Of a stretch of DNA of 64,000 bases, positions 40,183 to 50,135 are shown one piece after another. How positions within the stretch are numbered: position 1 is the first letter of the stretch; every line of letters begins with the position of its first letter. The DNA is from Laetmonice hystrix (Eukaryota). A program made the translations under genes and the position numbers. The notes under the pieces were generated by a model, which ran no database searches, was not told where the DNA came from, and worked only from the letters and a program-made list of their open reading frames with translations. The DNA is taken from positions 4,776,001 to 4,840,000 of the forward strand of contig OZ249436.1 of NCBI GenBank assembly GCA_965235115.1. Direction: 5' to 3'.

Positions 40183-42497
40183 CCCTCGGCTGGGGAGGAG
40201 ATAGCCGGGATACAGAAGCCTGTTAATTGTCAGACTCCCGGACAGATAATCCCTCGGCTGGGGAGGAGACAGCCGTGATACAGGAGCCTGTTAATTGTCA
40301 GACTCCCGCACAGATAATCCCTCGGCTGGGGAGGAGACAGCCGGGATACAGGAGCCTGTTAATTGTCAGACTCCCGGACAGATAATCCCTCGGCTGGGGA
40401 GGAGACAGCCGGGATACAGGAGCCTGTTAATTGTCAGACTCCCGGACAGATAATCCCTCGGCTGGGGAGGAGACAGCCGGGATACAGGAGCCTGTTAATT
40501 GTCAGACTCCCGCACAGATAATCCCTCGGCTGGGGAGGAGACAGCCGGGATACGGGAGCCTGTTAATTGTCACACTCCCGCACAGATAATCCCTCGGCTG
40601 GGGAGGAGACAGCCGGGATACAGGAGCCTGTTAATTGTCAGACTCCCGCACAGATAATCCCTCGGCTGGGGAGGAGACAGCCGTGATACAGGAGCCTGTT
40701 AATTGTCAGACTCCCGGACAGATAATCCCTCGGCTGGGGAGGAGACAGCCGGGATACAGGAGCCTGTTAATTGTCAGACTCCCGGACAGATAATCCCTCG
40801 GCTGGGGAGGAGACAGCCTGGATACAGGAGCCTGTTAATTGTGAGACTCCCGGACAGATAATCCCTCGGCTGGGGAGGAGACAGCCGGGATACAGGAGCC
40901 TGTTAATTGTCAGACTCCCGGACAGATAATCCCTCGGCTGGGGAGGAGACAGCCGGGATACAGGAGCCTGTTAATTGTCAGACTCCCGCACAGATAATCC
41001 CTCGGCTGGGGAGGAGACAGCCGGGATACAGGAGCCTGTTAATTGTCAGACTCCCGGACAGATAATCGCTCGGCTGGGGAGGAGACAGCCGGGATACAGG
41101 AGCCTGTTAATTGTCAGACTCCCGGACAGATAATCCCTTGGCTGGGGAGGAGACAGCCGGGATACAGGAGCCTGTTAATTGTCAGACTCCCGGACAGATA
41201 ATCGCTCGGCTGGGAAGGAGACAGCCGTGATACAGGAGCCTGTTAATTGTCAGACTCCCGGACAGATAATCGCTCGGCTGGGGAGGAGACAGCCGTGATA
41301 CAGGAGCCTGTTAATTGTCAGACTCCCGGACAGATAATCGCTCGGCTGGGGAGGAGACAGCCGTGATACAGGAGCCTGTTAATTGTCAGACTCCCGGACA
41401 GATAATCGCTCGGCTGGGGAGGAGACAGCCGTGATACAGGAGCCTGTTAATTGTCAGACTCCCGGACAGATAATCCCTCGGCTGGGGAGGAGACAGCCGG
41501 GATACAGGAGCCTGTTAATTGTCAGACTCCCGGACAGATAATCCCTCGGCTGGGGAGGAGACAGCCGGGATACAGGAGCCTGTTAATTGTCAGACTCCCG
41601 CACAGATAATCCCTCGGCTGGGGAGGAGACAGCCGGGATACAGGAGCCTGTTAATTGCCAGACTCCCGGACAGATAATCGCTCGGCTGGGGAGGAGACAG
41701 CCGGGATACAGGAGCCTGTTAATTGTCAGACTCCCGCACAGATAATCCCTGGGCTGGGGAGGAGACAGCCGGGATACAGGAGCCTGTTAATTGTCACACT
41801 CCCGCACAGATAATCCCTCGGCTGGGGAGGAGACAGCCGGGATACAGGAGCCTGTTAATTGTCACACTCCCGCACAGATAATCCCTCGGCTGGGGAGGAG
41901 ACAGCCGGGATACAGGAGCCTGTTAATTGTCAGACTCCCGCACAGATAATCCCTCGGCTGGGGAGGAGACAGCCGGGATACGGGAGCCTGTTAATTGTCA
42001 CACTCCCGCACAGATAATCCCTCGGCTGGGGAGGAGACAGCCGGGATACAGGAGCCTGTTAATTGTCAGACTCCCGCACAGATAATCCCTCGGCTGGGGA
42101 GGAGACAGCCGTGATACAGGAGCCTGTTAATTGTCAGACTCCCGGACAGATAATCCCTCGGCTGGGGAGGAGACAGCCTGGATACAGGAGCCTGTTAATT
42201 GTGAGACTCCCGGACAGATAATCCCTCGGCTGGGGAGGAGACAGCCGGGATACAGGAGCCTGTTAATTGTCAGACTCCCGGACAGATAATCCCTCGGCTG
42301 GGGAGGAGACAGCCGGGATACAGGAGCCTGTTAATTGTCAGACTCCCGCACAGATAATCCCTCGGCTGGGGAGGAGACAGCCGGGATACAGGAGCCTGTT
42401 AATTGTCAGACTCCCGCACAGATAATCCCTCGGCTGGGGAGGAGACAGCCGGGATACAGGAGCCTGTTAATTGTCAGACTCCCGCGGACAGATAATC
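40183..42497. repeat. Satellite, 68-bp unit, ~34 copies
   Basis: Unit CAGATAATCCCTCGGCTGGGGAGGAGACAGCCGGGATACAGGAGCCTGTTAATTGTCAGACTCCCG(G/C)A. Confidence 0.97.
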
Positions 42498-43417
42498 GCC
42501 AGGATGTTCACACAGTGACGATAATTCACGGTGACACTTCACACGGTCAACAATGTTGGGCGTGATGAATGTCTCCGGATATCAAAGTCGGGAGATTAGG
42601 AACAATGCTGGTGTTGGCTTTCACCTCCTGCAGCATTGCTTCACCATTGTGTGACACATGTCGTGTGTTTCTGATACAGGGACAGGGGTAGCTGTGATGT
42701 GCGCGGGGATCGAAACGTTTGAGGATGTGGACACGCCTCATCAGGCCCATCTTGGTCAATAAATATTTTCCTTACGATTTAGATTGCTTCATAAGTCAAT
42801 CAAACACTTTTTTATTAGTCCAGTGTGATAGGACATCTACTGATACTTAGACATTCCTGACGTTTGGCTCTGAAACAACTTTGAACGCTGAGATACACTG
42901 GTATACGACGTCATCCCGTGACGCTTTACTGGACACGGAGATAAACACTGATGACGTGTACTGACGTCATCACGCCAGTAGCGCCCCCTTCGGCGGGCGG
43001 ACCTCAATCGTACACCTGGCAGTGTTTTGGCCGCGGTAGAGGTGCCTCGCCGACCACGGCAGCTGCCGGTGTTTACCTTATCGTGGGGACCTGAGCCGAC
43101 ATCAGCGTTCCATCGTTGGGACAAAGAGACTGCGGACCCGAACCGGTGAACTGACGCCAAATGACGCTTCAATTCATTGCTGAGGCTGCTGGACAACCTA
43201 GAAGAATTAACCAGATGACAACCTACCCAAATCACCAACTACCTTGTTCCTTCAGCTAAACTAAGTTGTTCTCAACCTTTGTAACTTAAGTAAGGCTACA
43301 CAAAGTCATGAGTTTCCTAGCTAGCCACAGCGTCAAATCCAGAGGGGGGTTATTTGGGGGTGCAGTCAAAGACAAAAGGCACACAATTCAGAAATATATG
43401 TTATAAGAAAATCACAT

Positions 43418-43423
43418 TTTATT
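43418..43423 (-). terminator. Putative polyadenylation signal of the MCL1-like gene
   Basis: AATAAA on the minus strand, followed about 30-50 nt downstream by a GU/U-rich tract (tgtgtgccttttgtctttg). Implies an AU-rich 3'UTR of about 2 kb. Confidence 0.55.
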
Positions 43424-43920
43424 TAGAGAAACAAATGTCTACATATCGTAAACCACATAAATGTTAACGTTTCAAACACATTCATTCACGATTGTAACTG
43501 ACAAAAGAAATTAACCGATTTTAAAAAAAGTAAAGGTTGCAAGGCTTATATTTTCTGATATGTCAGTGATTTTGTGTTCTCCTATCTTAAGTTCCACAAA
43601 TAAATAAAAGGTTCTACACAGCCTTTGCTTATAAATTGGGTTCAGATGATCACCACATTTAGACTCTGGAATTTAAATACAGATTTTCTAAACGAACATA
43701 ATCCAAACAGAAATGCAAACATAAGCTCACCATTGCTATTTGGGAAAGAACATAAGACCCCAAAAACCCCTTTCGATTCTCATTCCCGCTTTCTTAAAGG
43801 CACTGCAAAAAGCATCTTTTCTCACACGCCTTGTCTAAAGATATGGCAAAGCATCTTGATTCTGTCAAAAGTTCACGGAGGGAACAAAGCTGGTTTCCGG
43901 CCACTGGGGACGTGAAAAGG

Positions 43921-44024
43921 GTCAATCAGTTTCGTTACATTGCCATGTCAATCAGATTCGTTACATTGCCATGTCAATCAGATTCGTTACATTGCCATGT
44001 CAATCAGATTCGTTACATTGCCAT
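43921..44024. repeat. 26-bp tandem repeat x4 inside the putative MCL1-like 3'UTR
   Basis: Unit GTCAATCAGATTCGTTACATTGCCAT. Confidence 0.9.
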
Positions 44025-44061
44025 TGGTCAATAACCAAGTTCTTTGTTGTCCAACGGACTC

Positions 44062-44252
44062 CAGGGTTTCTTGCAGGCTCGGTGTGGGGGAGAGAAACTC
44101 CTCCAAAAAGACCAATAACCGTCTCAATTGTTTCTGGCTTTACTTTCTCAAATTTTCCTGCACTAGGCAACTCTATCCACTCTTCTCAAAACATGTATTT
44201 CTTAAACTGTCCCCCCCCCCCCCCCCGCCGTGAAATCCTGCAGGAAACTTCG
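44062..44252. mobile_element. Short MITE inserted in the MCL1-like 3'UTR
   Basis: Imperfect TIRs CAGGGTTTCTTGCAGG ... CCTGCAGGAAACTTCG, flanked by duplicated GGACTC. A related end sequence occurs at ~63121-63145. Confidence 0.6.
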
Positions 44253-45427
44253 GGACTCCATTTTAAACCTGGATCATACAGTTGGAAGCTGTCTGTCCAC
44301 AATTGTAACTCTGAGTCTGACATGACAAATCACTTACACTGAAGGTTAACTCTTACATGCTTGACCTCATTTCTCATCAAACTACTCACGTCTCACATAT
44401 ATAACTTTCAAATACCGAGACTTTGCTATTGATATTTTAATGGTATGTCCATAGTTACAAGCTGCCACGATGATTTTTACTTCTCTTCATTGTGAAAACT
44501 TAGCAGGCAATGAAATCATTCTCTATAAACCACCCAACGACCATATAGGACTACAGTATTTCAAGTTTCCATTACACTTGTCAATGGTCACACAACTTTT
44601 TCATTCTCTCAAAAACTGTGCACAGCTTCACGCTATAAATAATAGATAACTTCATTTTTCAACTTTCTAAAAGTAATATTTTCAGAAAAGAAAAATTTCT
44701 TAACATTTCAAGTTTCATCTGGTAAATAAAGCTAGCCACTGGCAATTTGTATCCTTAGGCATCTGCTTTTAAGAAACATGGAAACATATTTTCTTCTATG
44801 GACAAACTTGTATCAAATACAAAATAGACCAGTGATTCAGTTGGGTACTGACGAATGATTTTGATGAAAATGATTCGCACTCAAACCTATCGGAACAGTC
44901 TTTACGTTGTGAATTTTCCACTGGTGCTGACTCGCTGTAAAAGTTACTTAGGCTGTTAATGTGTATACTACGGCTTTGATATACTTTAGCATTCCTTCGA
45001 TTACCGACTTTTAACCTGTTCCACAGCTCCACTTGTACACATAACTTCGGAACGTCTCCTTGACATTTACACGACCTCCTTTAATCCGTCATTGGCACAG
45101 TATTCAAAGCACACATTTCAAATTTTATACATGTAGTTACAGCCAGAAATGATGAAATGGCATCGGTTCATTTTCTTTCAAGTCTCCACACGACCACAAT
45201 AACAGTGCGCTCTTGTAATCAAACTGTCGTGTATTGCACAACAAAGAATTCTCTTGGCAGGCGACACGGGGGGATCTGTGAAAATGTTGGGATGATTGGT
45301 TCTGTCACAACCATACAATTGTTCCATACATATATACTGATGAACGAAGACGATGAATGAAGACGATGATGAACTGATGATGATATGAGGATCAAGTCTA
45401 TACGGATGTCAAACGGAGCAGTTTTGG

Positions 45428-45544
45428 TCACCGTACGACAGCTGCAGCAGCCAGAGCAGCCAGACCAAACGCTGTGCACAACAGCCCTGTCCAAATACCA
45501 TCTTCCAGGTGCTTCTGTTCCGGGAAGTAGGCATCAAACGCATC
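45428..45544 (-). CDS. MCL1: MCL1-like protein, coding exon 2 (end of BH2 plus C-terminal transmembrane anchor)
   Basis: Minus-strand acceptor tgtattttttttaag, then DAFDAYFPEQKHLEDGIWTGLLCTAFGLAALAAAAVVR*. Joining gives GGW|DAF (BH2 completion) and a hydrophobic tail ending in Arg. Intron 45545-46807 is 1263 bp. Total protein 238 aa. Confidence 0.9.
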   Translation of the reverse strand, partial: DAFDAYFPEQKHLEDGIWTGLLCTAFGLAALAAAAVVR

Positions 45545-46807
45545 CTTAAAAAAAATACACAAAATAAGTTATAAACATATAACATACACATTAGGGGGAA
45601 CATTTGCTGGAAAGAAAAATTAACTGTTGTGGAAAAGTTTTTTAATGCACCCCTTTTATTTCAAAAAACAAACATGCCGGTATTTATACACCATTTGAAG
45701 ACAGCTTAAAAGAAAAAAAAGTTGTACTGCCGCAGCCTATATCGGAAACCACCATTTATTTCATTTGGCCTGTCAGATTGAACAGTGATGTAAGAAGGTC
45801 CCTGTGGGGTCCTGGGTGGTCCCACGTCAGCTGACAACCACCAATCCCCACCTCCTGCCAAGCCCCTGGGACTCAGCTTTTCATGGAACTCTGAAGTAGG
45901 TCTGACACATACCAACCACCTGATGTCAACATTGGCCCAGTTCTACACGTCTGACCCCGTTTTCTTTCCTTAACTCTCTAGCCATCTAAATATAACTACG
46001 CTTTGGGAGGACTTCTCTTCCGTCCACTTACTTTAAACTTAAAGTTTTTAAAAAGTTCCTTATCATATAGTTTTGGAATACAGTGTTGGGTTATATTTTA
46101 AGTACCTAGGTGACTATCAACAACAAGGCCTCCAGTCTCATGGTTGTGAGGCTGGGGTGGGGGTGTCTGGAAACAAGGCTATAAACTGTACTCCATGACA
46201 TTTTTGTCATTCCTTGTGACCAATCACCCCATTGTACTTTTAGAAACAAGCGCCCAGTTCATCTGTACTTTGGATTCCTGATGCAGCTTCAGGCCACTTA
46301 TCTGGGGTTTTCTCAGTTTTATAATGTACTCTAATGATGGCAGTTTTTTTGAGGGAGTTATAAGGAAAAGTACGATGACAACTGGCAACTAGTAAATGGT
46401 AATGTTACATATCTTGTTGAATTTTGCTAACTTACTGGCAAATGGTTTTTCAAGTCAGCTAGGGTTTCAGTTTCAGTCCTGTAAAGAGTGCAAGGCCAGC
46501 AGAAGCCACTTCCTCCTTATCCTCTCTCCCTTAGCTGAGCCCAGTTTCCATGGCGATCCCTCCATGGCTGAGCCCAGTTTCCCTGTCCACATTATCCCTT
46601 TAATTTAGCCTTTATATGGGTCTGTTAAAGACCTGTACAACATATGTTTTTGTCATTTCATTTTCCAGGTAGATCTATGGGGTATGTAAGCAGAAAAATT
46701 AAACACGTAGGTACAAATCAAAAGGTGCAAATCGTACTGCACACTATGTGAGGCTGGCTTTACCCATGAATAGAATACTACTGATTAACTTTTATCAGAA
46801 AACTTAC

Positions 46808-47407
46808 CCATCCTCCACTTTTATGGATCCACCAGGCCAGATTCTTCGCCACGTAATTTCCAACAAACTCGGCCACCGTCTCAACGTTATTGGTGATGTT
46901 GTTCTCTAAGCAATACTTGGCCAGCCTGCCACCAAACGCATACACAGAAACTATTCTGCCCCAGTTATAATTATTGTCTTTGAATATTTCATTTGCAACA
47001 TTCTCAAACACAGCTTTTAAGTTGTCCCGGTTTAAATCGAGCTTTCCAACCATGCTCTTGAACAAGATAGCATGTCTTTGCGACAATTCGTCCACAGTTC
47101 TCTTCAGGGTCCTGGCGTGTTTTAGGTATTTCCGTCCCCTGTGGTCCAGCTTCATGTTATTATTGGTGGCCTGATGTACAATATAGAAAGCCAAGGCACG
47201 GCAGACGTCCTGGACGTGTTCGGGTGCAGGAGGTGGTTGGTTTGGAGCCGATGTAGGCCTACGGCTGTCGGTGACTGAAACAACAACTACGGGTCCGCCA
47301 TTGTGGAATGTTTTTGTGGAGCCGCTACCTCCGTATTCTCCGATCCCGTTCTCTTGTTTCATACTGTGTGGCTGTATCACACTGCTCAGTGTACTTGTGT
47401 CCGCCAT
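46808..47407 (-). CDS. MCL1: MCL1-like anti-apoptotic Bcl-2 family protein, coding exon 1 (200 codons)
   Basis: ORF 46778..47407 has a BH3-like helix (TLKRTVDELSQRH), BH1 (NWGRIVSVYAFGG) and BH2 (WIHKSGGW). A GTAAGT donor follows the GGW codon in phase 0, the conserved Bcl-2-family intron position. The N-terminus is Ser/Pro-rich and low complexity. Family call is firm; MCL1 orthology is inferred from the TLxR..D....H...F..M..KL resemblance. Confidence 0.93.
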
Positions 47408-47580
47408 ACCTACCGACTCCTCAGTCCTATACTTCGTCGTCAGCGTTCTGGTTCGACAACAGGACTGTTTTTATCTCCTCAACCGACACCTCTTTATCAG
47501 ACCCTGCCCCTCTCGAATGCTCCCGATTTCCGTGAAAGTCGGACCGTAAGAGCCTCGGTTTGAAACACTGCACATACCGC

Positions 47581-47594
47581 CCGCCACCTAGCGG
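47581..47594 (-). promoter_or_regulatory. CTCF-like motif upstream of the MCL1-like gene
   Basis: Reverse complement CCGCTAGGTGGCGG. Confidence 0.55.
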
Positions 47595-48908
47595 CGCGCT
47601 GCCACCACCACGAGTGGCGCAGAGATGTTTTGGCAGAGCTCTGGCAAGAGATCGCATGGACCCAGGCCGGTTTACACTTGTTCACGTAGGCCTACTATAC
47701 CGATCAGGCATTTTAAAATAATTAATCTTATGTAAAATTTCAGGGGGTACACTGTGGCTCCAGATGGGATCCGTAGGTTAAAAAAAATAGGGGCCTAGCT
47801 TGTGTCTATCGAGTTATTTTATCAGGCTGCCTACACTTTTTTCCCCAGAAATGCTCCCCCCCCCCTCGTGCAAAGATAAATAAATAAAATAAAAAGAGAT
47901 GGCGGTTATACTAATAGTGTAGGATAGCTTATGTAAAATTAAATTAAAAATAGATTCCAGGCTAAAAAGTTCCTTTTCCTAAACGCTCCTTACTCCGACT
48001 GCTGGCGTTTTTATCCTCAAAGTAAAATCCGGCATGTAGCCTAGATCTAGGCCTATAGGCTATAGGCCTAATCTATACCTACCCGGGTTGAAGTCATGTC
48101 CCAACACAGAATGCCCCCATACCCCCCCCCCCCCCTCCCGACCCTGCAAAAAGTGACTCTCTACCCAATTTCAGCCAAGCTACGCCCCTGGGGGTCTATT
48201 GCTATAAGTAGATCTAGGCCTAGGGCCTATGTCTATGACTAGGCCTAGTCCTAAAAATCAGTTGGCAATTTTTGCCGCTCTACGTTTTTTTTTCTTTTTT
48301 AATTAGGGGCCTAGCCTTGCCTAGGCTATTTAACCTAGGGAAATATTTCAATTTGCAGTTCATTCCGAAGCAAAGAGTCCAAAATAGCAAACTTGCGCCC
48401 CTTATCCCCCTTACCAAAATCCTGGATCCTGGAAAACCCGCTGATCTTTCACTAGTTTCAGACCGTCGTTATCCAGACGAGCTGCGACCACGATGATCGC
48501 TCGAGCAGGATGTGAGGACATTCGCGACGCCATCTGGTGTTACACACCCAAACCAATCCGGCAATTTCCCTAAAATGGCTTTTGTGGCTCTTAGCACGTT
48601 TCGCGGGGGCTGACTTTTAGCCGGGACGTGGGTCTTGAGGTCTTGATAGCAATGCTCAGGGAAGTACGCACAGTGATCCTGGAAAATAGGAAAAGCCCCC
48701 CCCCCAAAAAAAAAAACCCAACAACAATCAAACATCTTCCAAAATGCTCAGTGCTGGCCGAAGTTGAACAGCTAGTTATTGGGGTTCTCACAAGATGGCA
48801 CTACTGTGAGCGCTGCAGCGCCATCGTGTGCAGGATGTTAAACTAACCGTTGAGCAAGAGTGCCCCCGCAGATTCTTGTGATAAAGGACAACTCTCGATT
48901 CACCCCAC

Positions 48909-49117
48909 CATAGGCGGATCCAGGGGGGGGGGGGGGGGGGGTCGGCGACGTCTGGACCCCCCCCCCCCTCAAATTTGCCAAATTTATTTTTTTAGGATAA
49001 CCAAAATGCCTTATTGTTTTTACAACGGACCCCCCCCCCCCTCGATTTGCCCTTTTTATGCCGGACCCCCCTCGGACCCCCCCCCCCTGAAATAATGTAG
49101 ACCCTAGATCCGCCCCA
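48909..49117. mobile_element. Short MITE of the GGCGGATC...GATCCGCC type with poly-G/poly-C tracts
   Basis: CATAGGCGGATCCAGGGG ... CCCTAGATCCGCC. Similar ends occur near 50741-50757, 34737-34748 and 26025-26039. Confidence 0.6.
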
Positions 49118-49881
49118 CCCCACCCCACCCCACCCCACCCCACCCCACCCATTTTATTCTGTCCATACATTTATGATTAGGCTTACCGCTTACCGGGAAG
49201 AAGAATTGTGATGTAAAATTTGGTTAGACAAAGGTAGCCCCTACATAAATAAAAGGGTATAATTAACTCAGTTTTCCCCACGTTTAGATTCTATCCCCCA
49301 CCCAAATCCCTCCCCCCAACCTATCCACTGTGCTCTCGTCGCCTTGATGAACACTAAGTCTAAGACCACTGGGACATTGCGCCCAGCACGCCACCTCCCG
49401 ACTACAGGCAGAATATTGGCCAGCTATTCCTCCTAAAGGTCATCCTAAAGGTCAAACCTTTCAGGGATAAGGTAAAAAGAATACGGTAAGTCGAGTTTAG
49501 ACGGCTGCTGCTGCCCGGTGACCGCAGTGTCCCATTTTCAGGGATGAGCTTTACCCATGCAGTGCCAGTAGGCTATAGCGGCCTATCACATCAGTAGGCC
49601 TATAATTGTCCAATGCAATACATTATATTATCATAATTCTTTGAAATCTTGATGTACGAGAGTTGGTAATCTCTATAATAATCCTGCGGTTTCCTAGATT
49701 TGATAATTTAAGACCCCTTCCCGTCTCCTCTGCCTCTGGCTGCATGAGTCTCTCACTCAAATGTCATGACTCATGTTGCCGGTGGCGGCCGCTCCCCACA
49801 GCCCACGTGTGTATGTTTTGACAGCCTCGTTCCCACAACCAGTTAGAGTGAGGCTTCCGCTCACGTGACAAGTGTACAATC

Positions 49882-50135
49882 ATGGCTGACAGTGAAGATG
49901 ATAGTTCGCCAGGATCACCAGGCGATTTGGACTACCAGCCGGGCCCTAGGATTGTTACAATCACAAAAACAGAGACTGGCTTCGGGTTTAATGTGCGGGG
50001 TCAGGTCAGCGAGGGTGGCCAGCTGCGCAGCATCAATGGCGAGCTGTATGCACCGATGCAACACGTTAGTGCCGTATTGGAGGGCGGAGCTGCTCAGAAA
50101 GCGGGGATACGGAAGGGCGATCGCATCTTAGAAGT
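49882..50135 (+). CDS. SNX27: Sorting nexin-27, coding exon 1 (N-terminal half of the PDZ domain); gene continues beyond the window
   Basis: MADSEDD...[65 protein letters not shown] is the characteristic SNX27 PDZ sequence. The exon ends GAA GT|GTAAG (phase 2 donor). I did not find the expected exon 2 (N..NVEGATHKQVVDLI) before 64000. Confidence 0.95.

Larger units (their letters stand above)
47408..49881. promoter_or_regulatory. Divergent (head-to-head) promoter region of the MCL1-like gene and SNX27
   Basis: The two start codons are about 2.47 kb apart and point away from each other. CpG-rich patches lie near both genes. CTCF-like CCGCTAGGTGGCGG at 47581-47594 (-); TCACGTGAC E-box/CLEAR-like motif at 49861-49869; CACGTG near 49804; TGACTCA near 49767. 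Confidence 0.7.

Noticed and set aside
42690..42750. Possible hammerhead ribozyme / Penelope-like end (ATCGAAACG on +, CTGATGAGG on -)
   Set aside because: The core motifs are on opposite strands or incomplete, and I could not build stems I-III.
46778..46807. C-terminus VSFLIKVNQ* of the 209-aa ORF as the true protein end
   Set aside because: It is read-through into the intron. A consensus donor after GGW and a downstream exon encoding the transmembrane tail give the better model.
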